From assembly GCA_965230975.1 (NCBI GenBank), contig OZ246402.1, forward strand, positions 711,228 to 775,227: a stretch of DNA of 64,000 bases. Reading direction: 5' to 3'. Positions 1 through 8,908 of this stretch are shown here, in pieces (position 1 is the first letter of the stretch; each line of letters opens with the position of its first letter). The notes below the pieces were generated by a model. The model made no database searches, was not told the DNA's origin, and saw nothing but the letters and a program-made list of their open reading frames with translations. A program made the position numbers and the translations under genes. This DNA is from an uncultured Candidatus Saccharibacteria bacterium. Its GTDB lineage: Bacteria; Patescibacteriota; Dojkabacteria; J137.

Positions 1-317
1 AGGCTGCTATAGATGAAACAAGAAGACGAAGAAAAATTCAAGATGATTTTAATAAAGAGCACGGCATTGTGCCTACATCTATTGTAAAAGAGATTAAAGA
101 TCAGTTAGATAAATTTAAAAATAATGAGGATGAAAAACTAGATGAGAAGGAGCAAGATTTAATAAAACAGGCTGAAAGTTACAAAGCAATGCCAAAATCT
201 GACCAAAAAAGATTTATTAAAGAGGTTAAATTTCAAATGCAACTATTTGCAGACATGCTAGAATTTGAAAAAGCTGCAGAGCTTAGAGATGTTTTAAACG
301 ATATTGAAGGCAAGTAG
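1..317 (+). CDS. uvrB: Excinuclease ABC subunit B, C-terminal fragment (5' end lies outside the window)
   Basis: The open frame runs from base 1 and ends in a UVR-domain-like motif (EFEKAAELRDVL) typical of the UvrB C-terminus. The ORF track shows only the last 82 aa. Confidence 0.7.
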   Translation, partial: AAIDETRRRRKIQDDFNKEHGIVPTSIVKEIKDQLDKFKNNEDEKLDEKEQDLIKQAESYKAMPKSDQKRFIKEVKFQMQLFADMLEFEKAAELRDVLNDIEGK

Positions 318-323
318 CCTGGT

Positions 324-839
324 TTAAAAGCTAAATAACACTATTGCTGTTGCTTGGCTTACATTCAAACTTGCTCCTTTACCGTACATTGGTATAAAAA
401 CACTTTCATCACATTTTTCTAAAGTTTTTTTATTAACTCCAAAAACTTCACTACCGGCTACAAAACAAATTTTATTTACACCATCTAGCATTTCTGGTAA
501 TTCAAACAAGTGTTTTGCAGTATCTGTTAATTCAATTGCAATAATTTTAAAACCTTTATTTTTAAGTTCTGTTAAAAGCTCCGATGTAGATTCTTTGTAC
601 ATCCATTCAACAGACTCTTCTTTATGACGTGATGTTTTTTGTAAGTCTTTTCCGAATGGGGGTTGGTGAGAAATGCCAGTTAAGTAAATTCTTCTTACAG
701 CAGCAGCATCTGCAGTTCTAAAAAGACTTGCAACGTTTACCGCATATTGTAAGTTCTCTAAAACTAAGTATATTTCTTGGTCTCTTTTTGTTGGTTTTTT
801 TAAAAACTTTTTTACTTCTTTTTTGTTTAATTGTCTCAT
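324..839 (-). CDS. SPOUT (TrmH/SpoU family) RNA 2'-O-methyltransferase
   Basis: 171 aa. The C-terminal SpoU-like motifs are present (ICFVAGSEVFGV ... IPMYGKGASLNVSQATAIVLF). Confidence 0.65.
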   Translation of the reverse strand: MRQLNKKEVKKFLKKPTKRDQEIYLVLENLQYAVNVASLFRTADAAAVRRIYLTGISHQPPFGKDLQKTSRHKEESVEWMYKESTSELLTELKNKGFKIIAIELTDTAKHLFELPEMLDGVNKICFVAGSEVFGVNKKTLEKCDESVFIPMYGKGASLNVSQATAIVLFSF

Positions 840-901
840 GTATGAATTATATTAAAAAAAGATGAGTTTGCATAATTTAAATAAAATCGGGATAATTAAG
901 C

Positions 902-1603
902 ATGGATTACAAAATTGATAAAGATAGAGTAAAAGAATATTTTAAAAATAAAACTTGGTATTATAACTCTATAGCAGAGTTTGAAATTTTAGCCGCATCA
1001 AAAGATGGATTATCTGAAAACGAAAAGTCAATTTTAAGCAATAGAAAAATTGAACTTGTAAATTATATTGCAGAACTTTTAGAATCTGAGCAAATAGCTT
1101 TAGCACAAGATGGTGAGGATTACGATATAGATAGAAAACCTATAGATACAATTGTAATTCATCACTCAGGCAGTTCTTGTTCAAGAGCTTCTAACCCAGA
1201 AAGCTATATAAATGCTTTAGAGTTGATTATGCTTTATGCGCCGGTTTTTAAAAGTAAAAAAAGAGATTATGGAATGTGGTCTGGTCACTTTTTCAATAAC
1301 AAGATGACTTTTATTCCATATCATTATTTAATTTACAAAGATGGTTCTTTTTCAAACCCGCTAAAAGACGAGTATATTGGCTGGCACGCAGGTAATTGGG
1401 ACGTAAATACAAGGAGTATTGCAATAACCTTTGTTGATGATCTTGAAAATAGAGAACCAACTGAAATAGCTATGCTTACAGCTAGAGATTTAATTAAAAA
1501 ATATCCAAATGCAAAACTTGTAGGGCATTCAGAAGTTTCACCTACCGTTTGCCCGGGAAATTTATTTAATATTAAAGGTGGGTGGAAAGACAAACTATTA
1601 TGA
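902..1603 (+). CDS. N-acetylmuramoyl-L-alanine amidase (amidase_2/PGRP fold)
   Basis: Zn-amidase motifs are present: IVIHHSGS, GWHAGNW and a C-terminal H...C (GHSEVSPTVCPG). Confidence 0.7.
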   Translation: MDYKIDKDRVKEYFKNKTWYYNSIAEFEILAASKDGLSENEKSILSNRKIELVNYIAELLESEQIALAQDGEDYDIDRKPIDTIVIHHSGSSCSRASNPESYINALELIMLYAPVFKSKKRDYGMWSGHFFNNKMTFIPYHYLIYKDGSFSNPLKDEYIGWHAGNWDVNTRSIAITFVDDLENREPTEIAMLTARDLIKKYPNAKLVGHSEVSPTVCPGNLFNIKGGWKDKLL

Positions 1604-2241
1604 AAAACGTCATGAGAATTATATTCACTCTTTCTTTAGTTATACTTTTTTTAAGCTTGTGTCTTGGAATAATTTCTATTGGATACTCGGGAATTTGGTT
1701 ACATACATATAATGTTTTTACAGAGAGAACCAAAGTTGCAGATATAGAGCTTTCAGAACTTAAAGAAGATGATGGTGGTCAATATGTTGATGTTGTATAT
1801 AAAGAATATAAACAGCCAACTGGTTTGGAAAGTGTTTTAGGAATATCTTCTATAAAGATATCTGAAAAATCATTTAAAATTTATGGAGATTCTATTTATA
1901 TTGGTGGTCCGATTTTAAAGTTTAAAGATGAATTAACTCTTTTTAACTTTAAAACTATGTACAAGCTTGCAAAGATTTATGGAAGATATTCTGACAATAA
2001 TCAGGAGATTAGTAGAAATGACATAGCTTTAACAAGTTATTCGTATGATTTGAATGATGGCTATGGTGATTGGAAGAATGTTTTTGAAGTTTATAGATCT
2101 GATTCTTTTGTAGGAGAGGTTTATAGGCAATTTATAGATACAACTCAATTAAGTGAGCCGGGTCAGTTTGCAACAAATAGACTTTTAAAATACGAGTTGT
2201 ATATAGCCAATTCCGGGTTTATTTGGGAATATGTTGAATAG
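1600..2241 (+). CDS. Hypothetical membrane-anchored protein
   Basis: The start was moved to the MKNVMRI Met, which makes an ATGA stop/start overlap with the amidase. An N-terminal TM helix is present. No recognisable domain. Confidence 0.45.
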   Translation: MKNVMRIIFTLSLVILFLSLCLGIISIGYSGIWLHTYNVFTERTKVADIELSELKEDDGGQYVDVVYKEYKQPTGLESVLGISSIKISEKSFKIYGDSIYIGGPILKFKDELTLFNFKTMYKLAKIYGRYSDNNQEISRNDIALTSYSYDLNDGYGDWKNVFEVYRSDSFVGEVYRQFIDTTQLSEPGQFATNRLLKYELYIANSGFIWEYVE

Positions 2242-2297
2242 TTACCTAGGTGTTTAAAATAAATTGGATTTAGCATATAATCGCAAAGTATTTAAAC

Positions 2298-2369
2298 GGT
2301 GACATGGCCAAGTGGTAAGGCGAGAGTCTGCAAAACTCTTATTCCCCGGTTCGAATCCGGGTGTCACCT
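2298..2369 (+). tRNA. tRNA-Cys (anticodon GCA)
   Basis: Cloverleaf read by hand. Acceptor GGTGACA/TGTCACC. Anticodon stem AGAGT/ACTCT with loop CTGCAAA. T-arm CCCGG-TTCGAAT-CCGGG. Discriminator is U. No encoded CCA. Confidence 0.9.
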
Positions 2370-2384
2370 TAAAATTCAAAATAA

Positions 2385-2523
2385 TCTCTCTCCCCAATCC
2401 CTCTCTCATAATATGAAAGAGGGCTGGTTCGATTCCCACTGTCACCTTGCTAAAATACGTATTTACCTCTCTCCTCAATTCCTCTCTCACAATGTGAAAG
2501 AGGACTCGAATCCGGGTGTCACC
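2385..2523 (+). repeat. Two tandem degenerate ~82-bp units, each ending in a tRNA-Cys 3'-half-like segment
   Basis: Unit A ends ...gaaagagGGCTGGTTCGATTCCCACTGTCACCtt and unit B ends ...gaaagagGACTCGAATCCGGGTGTCACCtt. The genuine tRNA-Cys 3' end reads GGTTCGAATCCGGGTGTCACCtt. Each unit also carries a CCTCTCTCA...TGAAAGAGG inverted repeat. Confidence 0.5.
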
Positions 2524-2533
2524 TTAAAATCAA

Positions 2534-3679
2534 CTAAGACTTCTTATTTAAGCTTCGTTCTACTAAGCTCATTGCTATAAACCCCACAATACCTATGATT
2601 ATAAAGCTATCGTAAAAGCCAAAATATGTAATTAAGATTGCTGATAATATATAAAAGATAGCGGTAGCTATATTTGTTGTAATTTCTCTAATAACAATAA
2701 ACTCTATTTTAATATCTGAATGTTTTGAATTATTCATTAACTCAAAATCTATTACATCTGAAACAGATGATCTAAATACCTCATTTAATTTATATACAGT
2801 ATCTGTTATTAAGGCTGTTATGTAGTTAAAAGTAAAAGCCCTAAAAAACCATGCAAAGGTAGAAGTCCACTTAACTTTATCAAATATCTTTAACTCGTTT
2901 TTTCTATTTACAATTTTTCCAACAGTATATGCTATTAAAATTGATATAAAATTTACTATCGTAAATAAAATACCTACTTGCAAGAAACTATCTTTAAAAA
3001 GTAAAAATATAAATAATGGCCATAAAATATTAAAGTTTTCAGTTATAACTCTGCCGATTTTAAATAGAATAATTTTTTTAGATTCAACTGTTTGTAAACT
3101 TGCATGTAAATTTAATTTTTTATCTAATTTGAAATCATTCATTGCAATTACAGGTATTATTGAACCTATATAAAGTATCAAAGCAATTAACATTGTACCG
3201 TTTAAATTCAAAAACTGAGCAGTCAAACCTCCAAGCAAAGGATGTATTATTGCTAACAATATAAATGCGATTTTTCTTAAGCTAAAAAGTCTAGGTCTGT
3301 TTATATCTGTTGTGTTATGACCCAGAATATAAATCACAGGAATATAATGGAATATGTTTCCTATGGCATTAAATAAAACCCACAAAACTAAAGTACCAAC
3401 AGATAATTGTGAATCAAAGTAAATTAATATAGAAGCTAGTGAGTAAAATAAAGCTCCAATGGTCAATGATTTTTTTATACCTATTTTAAATAAAATTTCT
3501 ACAAAAAACTTAAGTAAACTACCGTGAACAAGATGTATTAACGCTACCGGTATTACAGCAAGCAGTACTGACTCACCAAGTTTTTGGTAAAAGAATAAAA
3601 CCCCAAATATAAAAACTAAAGAGTGTGCGAATTCAAAAAGAAGATCTGAAATGGTTATTAAGAAAAAATTTCTCTGCAT
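2534..3679 (-). CDS. Polytopic membrane protein (about 10-12 TM helices, transporter-like), function unknown
   Basis: 381 aa, strongly hydrophobic with periodic TM segments. No catalytic motif recognised. Confidence 0.45.
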   Translation of the reverse strand: MQRNFFLITISDLLFEFAHSLVFIFGVLFFYQKLGESVLLAVIPVALIHLVHGSLLKFFVEILFKIGIKKSLTIGALFYSLASILIYFDSQLSVGTLVLWVLFNAIGNIFHYIPVIYILGHNTTDINRPRLFSLRKIAFILLAIIHPLLGGLTAQFLNLNGTMLIALILYIGSIIPVIAMNDFKLDKKLNLHASLQTVESKKIILFKIGRVITENFNILWPLFIFLLFKDSFLQVGILFTIVNFISILIAYTVGKIVNRKNELKIFDKVKWTSTFAWFFRAFTFNYITALITDTVYKLNEVFRSSVSDVIDFELMNNSKHSDIKIEFIVIREITTNIATAIFYILSAILITYFGFYDSFIIIGIVGFIAMSLVERSLNKKS

Positions 3680-3726
3680 TTAAAAATTATACAGATTATT
3701 TTTGTAGTTGGTAGTGTATTTTAATA

Positions 3727-4806
3727 TTATGCAATTACGCCTCCGCCTAGGCATTCATCTTCGCAATAAAGCACCAGTGATTGCCCAGAAGTTACTGCTC
3801 TTTGAGGTTGTTCAAATATAAACTTTTTGTTTTCTATGTCTAAAGTTCCGCTTTGTGGTTTTTGCCTATATCTAATAGAAGCTGTAAGTTTTACATCTTG
3901 GGTGGTTAGTTTATTTAAAGTATTTGGATTTATAAAATGTATATTTTCTAGCGCAACCTCTTTTTTGTACATTTTTGGGTGGTCTGTACCGTGGCCAACA
4001 AATACAATATTATTTTCAATATCTTTATCTACAACAAAGTAAGGAATTTGTTGGCCGCCAATTCTTAAACCTTCTCTTTGGCCTAAAGTATAAAAGTAAA
4101 CCCCTTTATGTTTCCCAACAACTTTGTTTGAATCAATATCTACAATGTCTCCATCTTTTTCTGGGATACGACTCATTAAGAATTTAAGAACGTTAATTTC
4201 ACCAATAAAACAAATTCCTTGGCTATCTGGTCTTTCTGCATTTGGTAGTTTATATTTTCTTGCAAGTTCTCTTACCATTGGTTTTTCAAATTCTCCAATT
4301 GGGAATAAGCTCTTTGAAAGTTGTTCGTAAGTTAAGTTATACAAAAAGTAAGTTTGGTCTTTATTATTATCAACACCTTTAAGCATTTTAAATTGGGATT
4401 TACCATCAATTTTATCTTCGACTTTTCTTGCATAGTGACCGGTGGCTATTAAATCAGCACCCATCTCCATGGCTTTCTCTAGAAATAACTTAAATTTTAT
4501 CTCTTTATTACACATTACATCAGGGTTTGGGGTTCTGCCTTTTTGGTATTCCGCAAAGAAATATTCAACTACCTTTTCTCTATATTGTTTTTCGAAATTG
4601 AAAGACCGAAATTCAATCCCTAAATGTTTTGCTACAGCTTCTGCAGATTTTTGATCTTCTTCCCAAGGGCACTCAGCTTGAATTCCATAATCATCGCCAG
4701 ACCAGTTCTTCATAAAGATTCCAACAACTTCATAGCCTTGATCCTTCAGCAATGCAGCTGAAACAGCAGAATCTACACCTCCGGATAATCCAACAAAGAC
4801 TTTCAT
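3727..4806 (-). CDS. mnmA: tRNA-specific 2-thiouridylase MnmA
   Basis: PP-loop motif MKVFVGLSGGVDSAV and MnmA-like Cys motifs. The start was trimmed to the Met just before the PP-loop; the ORF-track start at 4923 is probably too long. Confidence 0.85.
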   Translation of the reverse strand: MKVFVGLSGGVDSAVSAALLKDQGYEVVGIFMKNWSGDDYGIQAECPWEEDQKSAEAVAKHLGIEFRSFNFEKQYREKVVEYFFAEYQKGRTPNPDVMCNKEIKFKLFLEKAMEMGADLIATGHYARKVEDKIDGKSQFKMLKGVDNNKDQTYFLYNLTYEQLSKSLFPIGEFEKPMVRELARKYKLPNAERPDSQGICFIGEINVLKFLMSRIPEKDGDIVDIDSNKVVGKHKGVYFYTLGQREGLRIGGQQIPYFVVDKDIENNIVFVGHGTDHPKMYKKEVALENIHFINPNTLNKLTTQDVKLTASIRYRQKPQSGTLDIENKKFIFEQPQRAVTSGQSLVLYCEDECLGGGVIA

Positions 4807-4947
4807 ATGTTTGTTTTCTATAGGGTGACATTTTAACATTAAACTTAATCTTACGACATAGTTATGAATGTATCCTATAGAGAAAAAGTTAGTGCAATCA
4901 TAAATTCGTTTTGTATAATACACGGCATTAACTTTTAAATAATAATA

Positions 4948-5400
4948 ATGCCAAAGAAAGCTACTGGATCAAGAAGTGCATATTATCTTAGGGGTGATAC
5001 TATTATAGATGAAAGCTTTACAGAAGATCAATTAGCTGAATTTAGAGAGCCGGGCTATACTTACCGAGCTGAGGATTTTGAAACATCAAATACTAATGTT
5101 CAAAGATTTTTTGCTATTGCGGGCAATGGTAGATATCATGAATTAACTCCTTCTAACGCTTCTGAGCTTATATCAATTCTGTCGGCTGGTTACCGATTCA
5201 TCTTACCTGTCCCATTAGATAAGTTAAAAGATTATTTAATAGAAGTAGCAATGACAAAAGGGGAATTAGCTTTAAGATTTATTGAGCATAGAAAAAGGGA
5301 AATAGCATTTAAAAGCCCAAGGTTAGGAGCTACTCCCGATTGTGAATTCAAGTATTTGTTTATAACGGAATCAGATAGTAAAAATTCTAAGGAACAATAA
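4948..5400 (+). CDS. Hypothetical protein
   Basis: 150-aa ORF with good coding appearance. It is followed by an intrinsic terminator. Confidence 0.45.
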   Translation: MPKKATGSRSAYYLRGDTIIDESFTEDQLAEFREPGYTYRAEDFETSNTNVQRFFAIAGNGRYHELTPSNASELISILSAGYRFILPVPLDKLKDYLIEVAMTKGELALRFIEHRKREIAFKSPRLGATPDCEFKYLFITESDSKNSKEQ

Positions 5401-5403
5401 AAA

Positions 5404-5426
5404 AAATCCCCCAGTTTGGGGGATTT
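5404..5426. terminator. Bidirectional intrinsic terminator between convergent genes
   Basis: Hairpin aTCCCCCagtttGGGGGAt, flanked by an A-run on the left and a T-run on the right. Confidence 0.6.
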
Positions 5427-5446
5427 TCAATTTAAATTAACTTTGA

Positions 5447-5884
5447 TTAAAACGGTAAGTCGTTTGGATCAATTGAATCTGTTGAATCTTCTGGAGTTGG
5501 CTCTGAGCTAGGTGCTGAAGAACCTCTAGAACCACCCATGTCATCATTTGCTCCTTCGTATCTTGCAATTAAGATTGTTTTATCAGAAACAACCTCTGTT
5601 TTGTATTGCTTTTTACCATCTTTATCATCCCAACTTCTGGTTTGAATTCTACCTTGAACTAAAATTCTAGTACCTTTTTTAATTCTTTGTGCAAGTTGTT
5701 CCGCACTGTTCCAAATAACAATATTGTGAAAAGATGGTTCATCTACCCATTCCTCACCCTTTTTGTATCTTCTATTAGTTGCCATGCTGAAAGATAAAAC
5801 ACCAGCACCAGAAGGTGTGTATCTTAAGTCAGGGTCTTTAGTTACATTGCCCATTAACGTTACCTCATTTAAATCACCAAACAT
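5447..5884 (-). CDS. ssb: Single-stranded DNA-binding protein
   Basis: OB-fold SSB N-terminus, a Gly/Ser-rich linker, and an acidic C-terminal tail ending in DLPF. Confidence 0.85.
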   Translation of the reverse strand: MFGDLNEVTLMGNVTKDPDLRYTPSGAGVLSFSMATNRRYKKGEEWVDEPSFHNIVIWNSAEQLAQRIKKGTRILVQGRIQTRSWDDKDGKKQYKTEVVSDKTILIARYEGANDDMGGSRGSSAPSSEPTPEDSTDSIDPNDLPF

Positions 5885-5972
5885 AAATTATAAATAATAG
5901 ATATTTTTGTTATTTTATTAACATTATTATAATAACCTTAGTATAATAATTTATACAAGTTATAAAAAACAG

Positions 5973-6425
5973 ATGGACATACAAGATGCTATTAAAAACA
6001 TACTTAATAATGCCCACCTTTTAACTTTAGCTACAGTTGATTCTAAAGGGCCTTGGTGTAGCGTACTCGCGTTTATTGCAGATGATGATTTCAATATTTA
6101 TTGGATGTCTATTCCGGATTCTAGGCATCAATTAGCCTTAAAAGAAGATAATAGAGCCTCAATAAATATAACAACTGCTCAAAAACCAGGAGATGAAAAT
6201 AAATTAATTCAAGTTTTTGGAACTGTAGAAGAATACACTGGAAATGCTTTAGAATTAAATGATAAATACAAACAAAAGAAGAATGACCTGCTATACGCTC
6301 CAAGGCACGCTGTTCAAGGTTTTATGGAAAAGTGGTATAAATTTACACCTGAATACATAGATGTAACATTTGAACCAGAATGGGCATTTGAGAAAAGAAG
6401 ATATGTTGTAAATCAAAAAGCTTAA
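5973..6425 (+). CDS. Pyridoxamine 5'-phosphate oxidase-like FMN-binding split-barrel protein (general stress protein 26-like)
   Basis: LATVDSKGPWCSVLAFIADDDFNIYWMS matches the PNPOx-like family pattern. It is a paralog of the next gene. Confidence 0.55.
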   Translation: MDIQDAIKNILNNAHLLTLATVDSKGPWCSVLAFIADDDFNIYWMSIPDSRHQLALKEDNRASINITTAQKPGDENKLIQVFGTVEEYTGNALELNDKYKQKKNDLLYAPRHAVQGFMEKWYKFTPEYIDVTFEPEWAFEKRRYVVNQKA

Positions 6426-6435
6426 CTCCTTAAAT

Positions 6436-6873
6436 ATGGATTTAAAACCTTACGTTTTAGAGATTTTAGACAACACATATCTAATGTCTTTAGGAACAGT
6501 TTTAGATAACAAACCTTGGGTTAGTGATGTGGTTTATGTTTTCGATGATAAATTTAATATTTATTGGCTATCAAAAACCGAGACTAGACACTCTAAAAAT
6601 ATATCCTCAAATCCTAATGTATCTGCAAGCATCACCTTAAGTACCAATCAAGGGGAAGATAATAAAGGTTTGCAAATAGAAGGTAAAGCTTACAAAGTAA
6701 ATGGCTTACTACCCGAAATGGCTATTAAGCATCTTTCTAAAAGAAAGAAAGTAGGTGTTGACTTAAAAGACATTCTAAAAATTAGGGATGAAAGATGGTA
6801 TAAACTAATTCCAGAAAGTATAGAAGTTATATATGAACCGTTATTTGGATTTGAGAGGCGAAAATTTAAATAG
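6436..6873 (+). CDS. PNPOx-like FMN-binding protein, tandem paralog
   Basis: LMSLGTVLDNKPWVSDVVYVFDDKFNIYWLS has the same architecture as 5973-6425. The two appear to be a tandem duplication. Confidence 0.55.
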   Translation: MDLKPYVLEILDNTYLMSLGTVLDNKPWVSDVVYVFDDKFNIYWLSKTETRHSKNISSNPNVSASITLSTNQGEDNKGLQIEGKAYKVNGLLPEMAIKHLSKRKKVGVDLKDILKIRDERWYKLIPESIEVIYEPLFGFERRKFK

Positions 6874-7744
6874 TTATTAATATCAAACTTCTTTCTCTCC
6901 CAAATTTTCGCCAATCAGAAAGACCTAGTTCTAAAGATTTACTTTTTAGTAATTCAATATTTCTTGTAGTCCTTACAGAGTCTATTAAATCTTTAAACTC
7001 TGCAGAGTTAACTAAATCTTCAAAACCATCTGAATAAAAAAGTACATAATCTCCTTTTTCTAATTCAATAGTACCGTAAGAAATAAAATTCAAAGCAGAT
7101 TCTTCTCCTGTTAATGCACCAAAGCTTACAAGTTTCTGATCAATTACTTGTTTTAAATTGTTTCTGAATTCTTTTCTTACATGCTTTCTCCATTCTGGTT
7201 TGTTCCAGTCAAAACCTTGTGGTGTATGTCCTGAGTAGTGAAAGTATTGCTCGAAAACTTCGTGGTTATTTGGAGAGTCTAGCTTAATTTTAAAATCTTT
7301 ATCAAAAACTTTGACTTTACAATCGTCAATGCTACCCCAATATAAGATATTGCTCTTAATAACACCTCCACAGGCAACACAAGCCCAATAATCGTTATCT
7401 AAATAATCTGGATTTGGGTTGTGTGTTTTATTTAACTTTTCTATTTCTAAATTAGATTGCTTAAAAGCTTCTTTAACTGAGTCTTCAGGTTTACCTGCCT
7501 GGTTGTTTAAGACTTCTATAAAAGTTTCAACAAATTTATCTGCTGCAACTTTTGCAGGGCTAGGATTGGGATAAGTTTTAGCTAAATCTTGCATTGTAAA
7601 TTTAGAGAAATCTAAATTTCCAATTGGGTCTCGAGTTATCCCATCTGCTATTGCAAATGAATTATCTGTATGTTTCAAAGCATCTTCTTGTGGATGTTGC
7701 TTAGAATATTTTGAATCATCAAGCGAAATGCTAAATATATTCAT
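6866..7744 (-). CDS. PP2C-family Ser/Thr protein phosphatase
   Basis: PP2C motifs appear in order: QEDAL, FAIADGI, ACVACGG, GSIDDCKVKVF, LFYSDGFEDLV, and a C-terminal LILITI. Confidence 0.5.
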   Translation of the reverse strand: MNIFSISLDDSKYSKQHPQEDALKHTDNSFAIADGITRDPIGNLDFSKFTMQDLAKTYPNPSPAKVAADKFVETFIEVLNNQAGKPEDSVKEAFKQSNLEIEKLNKTHNPNPDYLDNDYWACVACGGVIKSNILYWGSIDDCKVKVFDKDFKIKLDSPNNHEVFEQYFHYSGHTPQGFDWNKPEWRKHVRKEFRNNLKQVIDQKLVSFGALTGEESALNFISYGTIELEKGDYVLFYSDGFEDLVNSAEFKDLIDSVRTTRNIELLKSKSLELGLSDWRKFGRERSLILITI

Positions 7745-7853
7745 TTTTTAAATTTAATTGGTTTTATTATAAACTACTACGGAAATTGTGGAAATCTATT
7801 TCATTAAATTGATATTATAGATATAATTACCCTGTTATTTACACTTCCTGATT

Positions 7854-8894
7854 ATGAATTCAGTACAAGAAAAAATTGAAAGTTTAAAAGCTTCTGCTAT
7901 GCAGGAGTTAACACAAGTTTCTGACACAAGAGCATTAGAAGAATTTGAAATTAAATACTTAGGTAGAAAAGCAGAACTTAACGATGTATTAAAATCGATT
8001 AAAGATATCCCTGTAGAAGAAAGAGCCTTGACTGGACAAAGTGCAAACCAATTTAGAAATGAATTAAGCTTAAAAATAGAAAACTTAAGAGCAGAATTAG
8101 AATCAAAAATCGATTTATCTGATTTAGATGTTACAGCACCAGGAGTTATTCACGAACAAGGTCATTTGCACTTAACAACCCAGGCCATTAAAGATATTAC
8201 AAAAATCTTTCAAAGAATTGGATTTTACAGAGTAAGATATCCTGAAATTGAATGGGATTGGTATGCTTTCACAGCCTTAAACTTTCCAGATGATCACCCT
8301 GCAAGGGATGATTGGGAAACATTGTTTATTGATTCAGAAAAAGAAGCTGACCCAAAACTAGGTAGAAGATTGTATACACCGCACACTTCTTCCGGTCAAA
8401 TTAGAGAGATGGAGGTTAGAAAACCACCAATTAGAATGATTAATATTTCTAAAACTGGTAGACGACAGCTTGATGTTTCTCATACTATTATTTTCCATCA
8501 GTTTGAAGGTTTGTGCATAGATGAAGGAATAAATATTTCAAATTTAAAAGGTACTATAGATTACTTTGCAAAAGAGTTTTTTGGTCCAGACAGAGTAAGC
8601 AGAATTAGACCTTATAACTTTAGATTTACAGAACCAAGTTTTGAAGTTGATGTTTCCTGTGGTAACTGTAATGGGAAAGGTTGTAGATTATGTAAAGAGG
8701 GTTGGTTAGAAATTGGAGGAGCTGGAATGGTTCATCCTAATGTTTTAAGAAATGGTGGTTTAGATCCAGAAAAATATTCTGGATTTGCATTTGGATTTGG
8801 AGTAGAAAGAAATGCGATTATGAGAGCAGGAGTTAGAATTGCAGACTTAAGATTACTTTATCAAAATGATGTTAGATTTTTAGAACAATTCTAA
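7854..8894 (+). CDS. pheS: Phenylalanine--tRNA ligase alpha subunit
   Basis: Class II aaRS motifs FRFTEPSFEVD and GFAFGFGVERNAIMR. Confidence 0.9.
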   Translation: MNSVQEKIESLKASAMQELTQVSDTRALEEFEIKYLGRKAELNDVLKSIKDIPVEERALTGQSANQFRNELSLKIENLRAELESKIDLSDLDVTAPGVIHEQGHLHLTTQAIKDITKIFQRIGFYRVRYPEIEWDWYAFTALNFPDDHPARDDWETLFIDSEKEADPKLGRRLYTPHTSSGQIREMEVRKPPIRMINISKTGRRQLDVSHTIIFHQFEGLCIDEGINISNLKGTIDYFAKEFFGPDRVSRIRPYNFRFTEPSFEVDVSCGNCNGKGCRLCKEGWLEIGGAGMVHPNVLRNGGLDPEKYSGFAFGFGVERNAIMRAGVRIADLRLLYQNDVRFLEQF

Positions 8895-8908
8895 ATTAAT
8901 AAAATTCT

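Noticed and set aside
1333-1593. Antisense 86-aa ORF inside the amidase gene
   Set aside because: It is entirely embedded opposite a well-supported CDS, and no independent evidence supports it.
2254-2580. ORF-track entries 2254-2490 (-) and 2299-2580 (+)
   Set aside because: They overlap tRNA-Cys and the tRNA-like repeat units. They are Ser/Leu/Pro-rich artefacts of translating a CT-rich repeat, with no start context, so they are not called as CDS.
3827-4654. Four 68-71-aa ORFs on the plus strand
   Set aside because: All lie antisense within mnmA. They are typical shadow ORFs in AT-rich DNA.
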